64,000 bases of DNA from Caecitellus pseudoparvulus (taxonomy: Eukaryota; Protista; Bigyra: Bicosoecida). The translations under genes and the position numbers were made by a program. Below the pieces are notes generated by a model. That model was given only the letters and a program-made list of their open reading frames with translations. It had not been told where the DNA came from and ran no database searches. Shown piece after piece: positions 1 to 10,374 of this stretch. The first letter of the stretch is position 1. Every line of letters starts with the position of its first letter. Where the stretch lies: the NCBI GenBank assembly GCA_965644315.1, contig CBFFRQ010000031.1:620001-684000 (forward strand), written 5' to 3'.

Positions 1-3000
1 TCTCTGCCTTATCTTGAAAAGACACAGACAACGCGTCGTAGGCCCACCTCAAGTGCGGCTCCTCGAAGCCAGCAATGGAGTGCAAGGCAGTCACTGCCGG
101 GGAAATACTCACTATGTCTGAGGCAGTGAGGGACGCATTTTCGCTGGGGATGAAAGCCAGTACCCGCCGTATCGATGAAAGTAAAGAGTGCGTGGCCGGC
201 AGAGCACCACGCGTGACAGTCCCGTTGGCGAAGACTGGGCAGCCTGGCTGCGGGCTTCGAAGGCAGCCGTCCAAGAGCAGGAGGGAGAAAGCGAATCCCG
301 TCGAGTCCAAGGGGTGCAAGGTGTCAACCCCCTCGCCTAAATCCAAAGGCACAAACTCTGTGCCTGACACCATTGCTTGCAGTGACCGGAAGGCTGACCC
401 TTGGAGCTCCACTAAGGACCTTTCAGTCTGCACGCGACGAGAACTAGTCGCTTCAGAGAACAACGTTCCGACCGCAATTTGCATGTCCAGCTGAATCCCT
501 TGGCTGCTTTGAGCAAGATAGAGGCGCTGGACGTCTTGCTGGACATCTTGCAAGGTTGTGGTCTCCAAAACGTAGTACACTCCGAGCCAGACGATCAAGG
601 AAGCCACGGGAGCTTGGACCTTCGCAATGGTCCACTGCATCCAGTTCGCGCTGTCACTGCCTGTCCTTCGCTGGGCACCCACTCTAGGCTTTGCATCAGC
701 CCGTGCCGCAGCGTCTGTACCTGCAAGACCCCCTGACCGGCGAAGATGCTTCTTTTTCTTCTCAACTGCAAACAACTGGTCCCAATCAGGCTCCCCCGTC
801 CCATCTTCAACCGACACAGGGCTCAGGACCTGAGATGTGGACTTGCTTTGCTTCTTGTGCCAGTCAGCTTCAACCCCTAGGGCCTGGGAGCTTGGAGCGA
901 GCCTTCCCTCTTCCTCCTCACCCTCCCCGTCAGAGTCAGAGTCACCATGCTCTGAACCGTTGCCGCCCTGCGCAGTGTAGTCTACATCGCCGATCATCTC
1001 ATCTGCAACGCGGCGCAAGTGAGCAGACAGCATGTCTGCCGTCAAGTCGCGCATGCGCCCGGCTGCCGCAGTCGGGACGTCAAGGAAAACAGACAGCGCC
1101 GACAAACGGTCCTGCGCCAAGCGCTTCACCAAGACGAAGAATGCGATTGCAACAGCAATGAACACAACAACAAAAATCGCTGCCACAAACAAAATCGTTA
1201 GGACTTCAAGTCCGTTGAAGTACTCAATGAGGTCGGCAAATTTGTGCTCCATTGACTCATCAAAAGCTGCAGCCTGCGCTGGTTGGTTGGACAAAACCTC
1301 CAGCAGTATAGGGAGAGACGAACCATTTGGAGCAATTTCATCAGCGCTCGCAAAACGAAGCACGTGAAGCCCGGAAAGCAAACTCTCAGTGGCTTCCGCG
1401 GGGTTCATGACAGACGAAGCTCCACCCGACGCAACCCTTGGAATGCTGCGTGTGGTCTCATACGCTAGCTGCTTGCCTCCAAGGATCTGGATGTCAGCGC
1501 TCAGCCGCTCTTTGACGGAGTCCAGTTCCAGAGTTAGGCCTGTGAGCAGTGTGGAGTGGTTCTGGAAAGTCCGGTCTGGGCGGTTGAGTGGGCTGTGCTC
1601 CTGCGCTTGGAGTTGCAAGGCCTTCACTTCCAGCAGCGTCTGGCGCGACAGAATAGCTCGACGTCCCCCGTCATACAACGAGCTGGTGTGCAAGCGACCA
1701 ATGCCAGTCGCGACAAGCTGTTGTGCCATGAGGGCAACAGCGATCACGGGAACGATTGCAAAGAGCGCGTACAAAATGTAGCGCATGCGCATGATGGCAA
1801 GGTCCGTAACCAAGCGCTGTGCGTCGATTACCTTGCGAATCATTGCTGCGTGAGCAGACTTCTTCTGGTCGCGCTGATGCTGTTGCTGGCTTTCAGCATG
1901 AGCCCGCCCCTGCCCTGCCGCCGGTACCTCAGCAACAACTAGCGCATCAGAGCCCTCCGCGGGGCTCGCAACTTGTTTGCTTTCTTTGCTTGGTCGAACG
2001 AGGGGGGTGGAGGGAAGGGGCTTTTCACCAGCCGAGACCAGCTCCAAAGTCAAGGGAGGGGGACCCACAGCCTCCAGGGCAGAAGGCCGAATGGTGCCTT
2101 CCCGAAGCTCGCGCTCTGCCTCCTCCAGAGCGGCCGCCTCAGCAGCTAGGTCTTCGTCGGTTCGCCGCCATTGCAGGACGTAAACAGAACCCCCAAGAGT
2201 AGGCATGGACATAGTCTGCACGAACCCCAAAACTTGCAGGTGGTTCGAGTCATCATCGAAGTCGCCAAACTCGCCTCCCCCACCATCCAGCGCTCCGAAG
2301 TCATCCATCCCCAAACCACCCTCATCGACTCGCACAGGTGTCTTCACGAATGTTGTCGCGTGCAGTAGCGAGTGGTTATTGATGCCATGTGAGACGCCGA
2401 CGGAAGCGCCGGCAGGTCCATGGTAAGCACCACTGCCAGATGTGCTGCGGGATCTGGCCGAGCCCTGCGCCTCGTCGAAGTCCAGCTCGTCCAAGTTTAC
2501 GTAGCCAGGGTGCACCGCGGGGAAGTACGTGATGACACTGGCCCCCATGTCCTCCAACAACTCTGGGTCCGTCCCCATCAGCTCATGTGACGCTGCATCG
2601 GCAGAGAAAATCTGAAACTCCTCGTCCTCGCTGCCAAACAAAATGACATTCTCAGCCACACGCATGGGCTGCAGCACTGCCGCCAGCCGAGGGGACGTGT
2701 CAGACATCGTCGGAGCCGCCTCCTGCATGTGCATGCGGCAGGGCTGGATGTACCCGTTGGACTGCTGCACGAGCACCTGGTGAGTGGAGCCCACGAGCTT
2801 TGCCGACCCTGTGCGCGTGTACCGCAGCAAGAACTGGTCGTGCACCGTGGAGATGGGCTTGGGCATGATGACAGAGATGTTGGAGCCCACCAAGTCAGAC
2901 CTGTTCCGCAGCAGCAAGCGGCAAGCGGCGGAGTTCACCGAGAGAATCTCCCCCACTCGGGACACCTCCGTGGATATCGTGATCATGGCCACGCCCTCCT

Positions 3001-5233
3001 CCATGAAGCCCAGGTCAGGGGCCGGCCCCATGAGGGTGAAGCGTGACACCAGGCTTTCAGCCGTGCGCGCAGCCGCATCAGCCAAGGCATCCGCGCGCCC
3101 CTCCAGCTCGTAAGCCGTCGTGGCGTTGTGCATGAGGGTGCGCTGGAACGCTGCATATGCCCGCAGCACCGAGACGCCCTCTGGGTTCATCGTCAGCAGC
3201 ACCTTGAAGTGCCGCTCTGCATCGTCCAGGTTGCTCCACAGCAGCTCCCCCATGCGCTGCAGCTCGGCCAGATCCGGCACAGGCTCTTGCAGCGCATCCC
3301 ACACCCGCAGCAGTGCGCGGTAGCAGGCTGTCTGGGCGTTGAAAGCCCCCAACAGGCGGCCCTCATACGCCGTGCGGTCCACTGGCGTGATGGCCTTCGT
3401 GCCGGCCACACCCGACCGCAGCTCGCCCGAGGGCAGGTAAGAAGTGTCCATGTCGATCAAGTCCCGGGTGCGCTGGTAGATGAAGAAGGACACGTCTAGG
3501 GGCGCGTTGGACTTGCGTGCGAGGTTCAGAGCATGTAGCTCCATGTACCGTGACGGGTGGGCCAAGCGGAAGTACGTGGCAGCCAGCAAGTGCGCCAGGG
3601 AGGAGGAGGGGAACTTGTCCATCATGGTTTGGTACGCCAGTTCCACTTCAGCAGCCAGGACGGTGGTCATGCGCTCATCCTCTGCGTAGCTGCTGCCCAG
3701 GCGGATGATGACTTGGGAGGCCAAGTGCACGGCAGCTCCTCGAGTGCCAGTGGCACCGCTGACACCAATGGAACGCGCCACGTTGCTGGCAAGGCCCCTT
3801 GTCGATGCCAGAGCACTTTTGCTCCTCTGGCCTCCTCCAGCGTTCCAGTGCTGCCCCATGCTGGCCGTGTCACTGGCATCCTCAGTCAGCTGCTGGTGGA
3901 GCTGCAGGCGGGAGCGCGCCCACAGGTCCACATCGTACAGGCTGTCCAAGTCCTGCAGAGACTGCCGGCAAATCGAAACTCGGCGGTATCGGGCAACGTA
4001 GATGGCAAAGACGAATGACAGAGGCACCCCAATCAGAATCATGGAAGTCAACTGCTGGTCGCTGGCGAGCCGTTCCAACGCTACCCCCAGCATGGCCCAC
4101 GCCATCCCGAAGCCTGCGGCGACCATGACGTCATTCACGGCAGGGTGAATCATGGGGGCGAGACGCAAGTACCCCATGATCCACGCAGCGACCACCGCCG
4201 AGAGTGCGATGATAGTGAACCAGTTCGTGCCCTCCAACGAGAAAGCGTTGAACATGACACTCAAAACTCCCTTGCTGATGAGCAAGGTGACATCCAATCG
4301 ACCTGCGAGTGCAAGTGTGGGAAGAGCGTGTCGGAGTGCAGCTTCCAGGCTATAGCACTGGAGTGCCGTGAAGCAGTTGAGGCGGGCCGCAGGCCACAAT
4401 GCAGGGCACCGCATGCTCACCATGTGTCCGCGCCGCCAACGACCCTGACAGAGGATTGCGGTCAATAAAAACAGCAGCACTCATCATGTAGAGTGGCAGG
4501 GTGCTCACCCAGAGTGCAATGCAGCAGAGGGCAATGGCAAGGTGGCTGCCGGTGTAGCACTGAGTTCCAAACACCGACTGCCCCTCAGTACAAGCAGCTC
4601 CTCGCATGGCGACGTTCAAGAAAGGAAAGGAAAGCAAGGGCATCCCAACTGATGCGATGCTGCGCATCCCAAGAACAACAGCTGCCGGGGCAGGGCGCTT
4701 CAAGCTGCAAGCGGAGAAGGCATGAGAGTGAGCCAGCGCCAGGCGCCTCGACAAGCAGTTACTCAGGGAACGGAGCCGTTGCCGTCAGTGCCCCACTGGC
4801 TGCCACTCACTAGAAGAGCGTCGCTGCATACGCGATGATCATCCACCCAACTGTATTCGCAGCGAAGAACTGCGGCAGCAGGTTGAGGTCAGTGAGGGTG
4901 CGGAGACAGGGGGCGTTTCCTCGCGAGACCACGCACGACCAAGATGGTTACTAGAAGCCCGTCAGAGCCGTACAGCTCATCAACGCGTAGCATGGCAAGA
5001 GCCTGGAGTACAGTCCCAATGACTTCTCCCGCTGGTTCAGTGGACATGAGCAGTCGGAGTGGCAAAGCAAGAAACTGCAGGATGCACACCCCAGTCACGA
5101 CGATGAACAGGGGGCTGGACATGCTGGCATCCTGACCGGCAACATGGAAGGCCTCAAAGACAGCAGATGAGATGAATGATCCCATGCGCTCAGAGAGCGC
5201 CTTGCGGCGCAGGTCACCCGCTTGTGTTGCCAT
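1..5233 (-). CDS. TmcB/TmcC-like multi-pass membrane protein with TPR-like region and PAS domain (paralog A; 3' end runs off the window)
   Basis: ATG at 5233 (MATQAGDLRRK...) and three GT-AG introns (approx. 4871-4936, approx. 4706-4810, 4303-4420). The last exon is absent from the ORF track because it has no stop in the window. Sampled translations are colinear with 18445-24038 (DRNPLS..ARTHGR, the PAS segment, and FEEPHLRWAYDALSVSFQD vs FEREFFRTAFDSLAASFRD). Confidence 0.85.
2458..3796. repeat. Left arm of ~1.34 kb near-identical inverted repeat (partner 19809-21147)
   Basis: Reverse complement matches 19809-21147; paired coordinates sum to 23605. The ORF track shows identical mirrored ORFs, e.g. 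3128..3499+ and 20106..20477-. Confidence 0.97.
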
Positions 5234-5605
5234 GGTCCGCCTTCCAGGCCGCTGCGACCACCTGCCGCCTGGAAGCTGCCACCACTTGCTACGAGAAGAC
5301 AGGCAGACACCAGTATGGAGGAACACATAAGCTTGACGTGGGCTTCCAATCTCGGAGAGACAGTACCACAGAGTCAAGTATGTGCAGAGCAAGCTCTTGC
5401 CTTCGGAGATGCACCCCCCGTCGTTGAGCACGAAAGCCAAGCGGCACAGCTCCGCCTCTTCAAAATTCCACTGTCAGCCCACCTCACCGTATGTTACTTC
5501 CGGCCTCACATTCTCAGCGGTGCTGGGGCTGTAAACGTTGCCTCGTAGGTGCACTAGCCTGCCGTTTCATGTGAAACGCCAGATCAACGCATGCTGCTGT
5601 GAGCC

Positions 5606-7132
5606 ATGGAATACGTTGGTGCCTCCCAAGAGGCAGTGGAGGGCGCACTGAAGGGTCATTTTCGAGACTCCGACCTTAGATTCATCTCCATGAAGGACTC
5701 CCGGCTGGCGGTTGAGCGAGCGCTGAAGATCAAGATCCCCTCGACAAGCAGGCCGTGGCTCAAGCAACTTGTGGTCCGCGTCGCCAATGCCGAGCAGGCT
5801 CGCCGCGACGCAAGAGGCGGCCCGCATCCGAAAGTGCCAGCAGACTCTGCTGTGCTGGCGGCAACCACTTCCTCCCCGCCTTCCCCAGCCAGCCCAAGCT
5901 TTGCTCAGCCAGAACTCTCATATGAGGAAGCGCTGTCCATTGCCCGGAAGCGAAAGTTCAAACAGCTCTCGCCCGCCCTAAGTGCTGTGTGTGGTGGTCG
6001 CAAGGCTGCATCACACAAGCTCATCATTCGGTACATTTGGGAGTACATTCACGGGGCGGGGCTGCTGACACGAGAGAAAACCGTCAAACTGGACCCCGCC
6101 CTGCGAGCTGCCTTCCACGGAAGTGTGGATGAGTCAACGCTTGAAATTTCCACGAAAACCATACCTGGAGCATTCAAACACTCCGTAACTCCTTTTCATG
6201 GAGAGCCTCCTGATGAGGAGGTTAGGCACTTGATGCTGCACCCACCCAAATCCAGCGTGGGCGGGTCGAAGCGGAGCCGTGAAGGGGCTTCCCAAGCTGC
6301 AGGCATGGGACTGCCAGAAGACTTCAAGGAGCTGAAGAAGCCGAGGCAGTACAAAGTGTACCGGATGTCCCCTGCGCTGCAGGCAGTCGTCCCTCCCCAC
6401 CGTGTCGGTGAAGTGCCGCTAACCACTCGCCAGCATGCCATGAAGTGGATTTGGGAGTACGTCAGGGCAGAAAACCTCTTCGAAAATGGTGGTTTCAAGC
6501 CGACACCAAAGCTCACAGCCGTTTTGGGTAGCCCCCGTCCAGATGGCTACATTCCGAGACTCGCCATTGCAAAGGCTCTGTCGGGCCACCTGACTCCGTA
6601 CGATGGTCCCCCTCCGGCTTGGCTGGCAGCAGAAAAAGCAGCCAAATTAGAAGCATATGAGCAACAACAACAACAGCTTAAGGACCTGGGCTTGAAAAGG
6701 CAGGACATCAGGCAACTCTCCGGGAAAGCGCCCAAAGCAGCCAAGCCAAGGAGGTCAGCTGCCTCCGGCCTCTTTGTTCTCGATGATGCGCTGCAACAAG
6801 TCGTCAAACTACGAATAGCGAGCGTTGAAGTGTTATGCAAGGCATTAGAATTACACGCTAGATCGATCTGCGGTGCCACTGACCCCCTTCGCGCCCCCTT
6901 CAAGCCAGACCCCGCCCTGTGCAAGGTCACGGGGTCCTCTGCTCCAGTCACTGTCGGTGGCCTGGAGACCGCGCTTGCTGGCCACATGACTCCAGTCCCC
7001 GCCGACCTCACACATGCCATGGTTTCAGGCATCATGGACAATGAAGGGTTCCAGGGTGTCCCCTTGCGGGAACACATCCAGCGTTGCCTGCAGAGTGACG
7101 TTCACTCCTCGCACTCTACTCATCTGCGATGA
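5606..7132 (+). CDS. DEK-C + SWIB/MDM2 repeat protein (UAF30/TRI1-like chromatin factor)
   Basis: N-terminal DEK-C-like helices. Two clear SWIB repeats (LSPALSAVCG..IIRYIWEYI; MSPALQAVV..AMKWIWEYVRAENL) and a third degenerate one (LDDALQQVV..FKPDPALCKVTG). Confidence 0.8.
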   Translation: MEYVGASQEAVEGALKGHFRDSDLRFISMKDSRLAVERALKIKIPSTSRPWLKQLVVRVANAEQARRDARGGPHPKVPADSAVLAATTSSPPSPASPSFAQPELSYEEALSIARKRKFKQLSPALSAVCGGRKAASHKLIIRYIWEYIHGAGLLTREKTVKLDPALRAAFHGSVDESTLEISTKTIPGAFKHSVTPFHGEPPDEEVRHLMLHPPKSSVGGSKRSREGASQAAGMGLPEDFKELKKPRQYKVYRMSPALQAVVPPHRVGEVPLTTRQHAMKWIWEYVRAENLFENGGFKPTPKLTAVLGSPRPDGYIPRLAIAKALSGHLTPYDGPPPAWLAAEKAAKLEAYEQQQQQLKDLGLKRQDIRQLSGKAPKAAKPRRSAASGLFVLDDALQQVVKLRIASVEVLCKALELHARSICGATDPLRAPFKPDPALCKVTGSSAPVTVGGLETALAGHMTPVPADLTHAMVSGIMDNEGFQGVPLREHIQRCLQSDVHSSHSTHLR

Positions 7133-10100
7133 AGTCTTCCAAATCAGCATACGTATCGCCACCCTCCCCTGCCCCTTCCTCCGCCAGCCAGGCATCTATC
7201 ACCCTGTTCCTGGACCGGGCAGTGCGGGGCCTGACACCGCGCGAGCCGGCAGCGGACGGGCTCTGCGCCGCCGACCCCCGCGGGCGACGGCGCTTCTGTG
7301 CCCCCGACGACTCCCCCAGGCCCTTTCTCGCGATGGAGGGCCGCTTGGGCAGTGGGATCAACCTCTGCAGGCACAATAATGCGGCATCCACCCCGAGCGC
7401 ATTCTGGGGGTTTCGGTCGGCAAGTGTCGGGAGCCTCAGGAGCTCGTCAAGCATCAGTGCCAGCTTGAGAGCTGGTGTTGAGCGCTGTGTCACCAGCCGC
7501 GGGCGACTGCGCCCCTTACTGATGTCAATTCCATCACCTGCGAGCATGCGGTGCATGGTCCACACCCACTGTGCTGTCAGCAACGCACGGAGGTCTGCCC
7601 TGACGCAGCGCTGATCGCCCATAAACGCAATGAGGGTTTCAGCAAGAACGCTCGCTAGGCTGTAAAGCAGCTCACGATGGGCCTTGGGGATCGCCCTAGC
7701 CCATGATGGCCACTTGGGCGTCTGTTCTGCGCCGCTGTCTGAGTCGGTTATGCTGCCTGCGGCTGGTGATGCCGCTGAGGCAGTGCTTGGTACAGCAAGT
7801 GCCGGGTGGGCGATGCGCGCTCGACCCCGGGCATCGTGGCCGGTCAACAACAGCAACTCTGTCCGTGAGAGCGGGTAAGGCGGACTGCCATCATGCTTGG
7901 TGCTGACTTCGTCAAGGAGCCAAGTTGGTGGTGGGCTCGAGAAGGCTTTCTCTAAAGTGGCGGGCGTTGCGGTCGCGAGTGCGGCCAACACGTCAGCATC
8001 TGTATCGGCGTGGCACAGCACTTCCAGCCCATCTGTCACCCGACCATAGTCATGGCAAGCATGAATACAATCCATCATGGAAGCGTGGAGCAAGAAAGGC
8101 AGACTCTCTGGCTCGTGAGAGGCTGTGTGGAAAAGAGCGTACCTGTACTCCATGACGGAGATGCTGGCCATCGCCTTTGTCGCGTTTTCAGCAGAGGACA
8201 GTTGCATGTTGGTCATCGCCTTTCCCATGCAAAGAGGCACCGCGAAAAGCGGTTTCCTGGGGGGCTCAAGCGATGTGAACACGTTCACGCGGCCAGACAA
8301 CGAAGGACCAGAAATGGACACGACAGGTCCAGTGGAGGTCACGATCACGCCCTCACCGATGATTCGCCCCTGCATACCCCAAGTTGAACAGCGAAAGGCC
8401 GCGCGGAACAACTCACGTAACGTGTGAATGTATAGCGTGCTATCCCCTGTGCAATGCCATCCAGCCCTTGCCACGGCCAACAACGCCGTGACCATTCCCT
8501 TCATTGGGTTCCCGAAAGGAACAGGAAACTCCTGCAAGCAGCGGCGCAGAGCCGAAACGGCAACTACGTGTGCTGCCTGTGGGAAGTCAGTGTACGACTT
8601 GCTGGAGCACTTCAGAGTACAGTCACTTGCGCCCCAGGTGAAGTGGTCCTTTGGTTCCACGACGTGCCTCAATGGTCGGTAGTGGCATTGGGGTGTGGGC
8701 ACACGCTTCCGATTGAGAGCCACATGCTCAGATGCTCGAACAAGGTACACACAAAAGCGGTGGAGGATGTTGGCAGGGAGGCCTTCGCACATGCATCCGT
8801 ACACCATAAGCGCTACCGGAGCCATGGGGAGGGCTTCCGCAACTTCCTCGCTCTGCGGGTGGGCTGCCAAACACTGCACCAATATGTCGAGGCACAAATC
8901 CAGCGCAGCATGCACTGCCTCCCCTTTCATGTCGTCCTGCGCTCCGCGCACAGCACTCAAGCTGTCTGCCAGGTGAGGGAGTGGTGCCACAGCAAGGGGA
9001 TCGGGTGTTGCTGGAAGTATCCGCTCCGCCTGCGGGCCACCTCCAGGCAGTGATTGAGGAGAAAAGTGGTCCGGGAGCCCACCCCTACAATTGAAAGCAC
9101 TATGATCAGGCAAATCCCGCAAGCAAGAGAGTGTGTGCAAGAGCTGGGAGACGTCCAGGATGGCTGACGCCGCCTGAGCTTCGGTAGTGGCCGAGACGGC
9201 CAATCGCAATCCCCTCAATGCCGACAGCAGTGGCGGCAATGCGATGGCCGAGCCCTGCTTCATCGCATGCACTGCATGTTGAATCATTTCAAGGGAGAAA
9301 TCTGACGCCATCTCAAGATTCGGCAGCGTTGGCGATGGAACAGGGGCGTCGGACGCAGAAGGCGCGACAGTAGTAGGCGACAGCGCTGACTGTGCCATCC
9401 AAAAGTGCAGCGTCGAGCGAGCCAGGGGGTCGTGATCGTCCCTCTCAGAGGAAGCAGGGATGCTTAAGCGGTGCCAGGCGTCACTGTGCGGAGAATCCAC
9501 GCTAAAGTGGCAGAAGGCACTCAGTGACAAGGCATCGTACCGCATGCAGTCCAGGCTCGCGACGATGTCCAAGCACCGCCAGAGAAGTGACACCTCTGAT
9601 GCGGGCCCTGGACTCCTGGAAAGGAAGGAAAGGATCATCGCGAACGAGCTCTTCACCAGTGCCAAAACGGCGTCATGGGGGGGAGCGGTGCGCCCAGCAG
9701 CGTCACCTGCGCTGAGCCAGGTTGCAAGCGTGCTTGAACAAGTGCCACGGCTCAAGAAAGAAAGGGCTGCAGCTTCAAGGGCGCGGCTCCAAGAACACCC
9801 ATGCAAGATTAAGAGCGGCCATGTTCCCAGCACCCATTGTGGTTCGGAGTCAGATGCAGCGGATGTAAGGAAGCACTCTGTGGACCATGCCGGTGGAGGA
9901 TCGAGAAGCCAGACACGGATGGCTTCCGCCCACGGGCTTCCTTCTGAAGCACGAACAGCTGGCTGGCGGCTACCTACCACGCCTTGAATACAAATGGGCA
10001 GCTTGGCTGCGACTGCTGTGCAAGCCTGCCAATTAATGGCCTGGGGTGAGAGAGGCTCCGCGACTGCGGAAATTGGTTCTGCAGCACACCTCAGCGCTGT

Positions 10101-10286
10101 CTGTTGAGCGAGTTTGGCCAAGTTTGGGGGCAGAGGTGGTAGGCTAGGGGGGGGATGATTTACTAGACTGAACAGAAGCACGCTTGTGGTCGCATCTTGC
10201 CACGGTGACACACATGAGCGGCGCACCTCACTTTCTGCTCCTGCCGCGCCGCCTGCGCCAACAGGGACAGAGAGCGCTGTGGCCAT
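7116..10286 (-). CDS. Hypothetical protein, 1056 aa, probably helical, with an acidic C-terminal motif
   Basis: Long uninterrupted ORF; no family recognised; ends RSRNRVIDAWLAEE..DTYADLEDFIADE. Confidence 0.7.
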   Translation of the reverse strand: MATALSVPVGAGGAAGAESEVRRSCVSPWQDATTSVLLFSLVNHPPPSLPPLPPNLAKLAQQTALRCAAEPISAVAEPLSPQAINWQACTAVAAKLPICIQGVVGSRQPAVRASEGSPWAEAIRVWLLDPPPAWSTECFLTSAASDSEPQWVLGTWPLLILHGCSWSRALEAAALSFLSRGTCSSTLATWLSAGDAAGRTAPPHDAVLALVKSSFAMILSFLSRSPGPASEVSLLWRCLDIVASLDCMRYDALSLSAFCHFSVDSPHSDAWHRLSIPASSERDDHDPLARSTLHFWMAQSALSPTTVAPSASDAPVPSPTLPNLEMASDFSLEMIQHAVHAMKQGSAIALPPLLSALRGLRLAVSATTEAQAASAILDVSQLLHTLSCLRDLPDHSAFNCRGGLPDHFSPQSLPGGGPQAERILPATPDPLAVAPLPHLADSLSAVRGAQDDMKGEAVHAALDLCLDILVQCLAAHPQSEEVAEALPMAPVALMVYGCMCEGLPANILHRFCVYLVRASEHVALNRKRVPTPQCHYRPLRHVVEPKDHFTWGASDCTLKCSSKSYTDFPQAAHVVAVSALRRCLQEFPVPFGNPMKGMVTALLAVARAGWHCTGDSTLYIHTLRELFRAAFRCSTWGMQGRIIGEGVIVTSTGPVVSISGPSLSGRVNVFTSLEPPRKPLFAVPLCMGKAMTNMQLSSAENATKAMASISVMEYRYALFHTASHEPESLPFLLHASMMDCIHACHDYGRVTDGLEVLCHADTDADVLAALATATPATLEKAFSSPPPTWLLDEVSTKHDGSPPYPLSRTELLLLTGHDARGRARIAHPALAVPSTASAASPAAGSITDSDSGAEQTPKWPSWARAIPKAHRELLYSLASVLAETLIAFMGDQRCVRADLRALLTAQWVWTMHRMLAGDGIDISKGRSRPRLVTQRSTPALKLALMLDELLRLPTLADRNPQNALGVDAALLCLQRLIPLPKRPSIARKGLGESSGAQKRRRPRGSAAQSPSAAGSRGVRPRTARSRNRVIDAWLAEEGAGEGGDTYADLEDFIADE

Positions 10287-10374
10287 CTGGCTATGCAGAA
10301 GTGCCGCAGTGGGCGTGTGCCATGATCTGGCGGAGGACAGCCAGGAGACAGAGTTTGCATTTTTTCCTGTCTAC

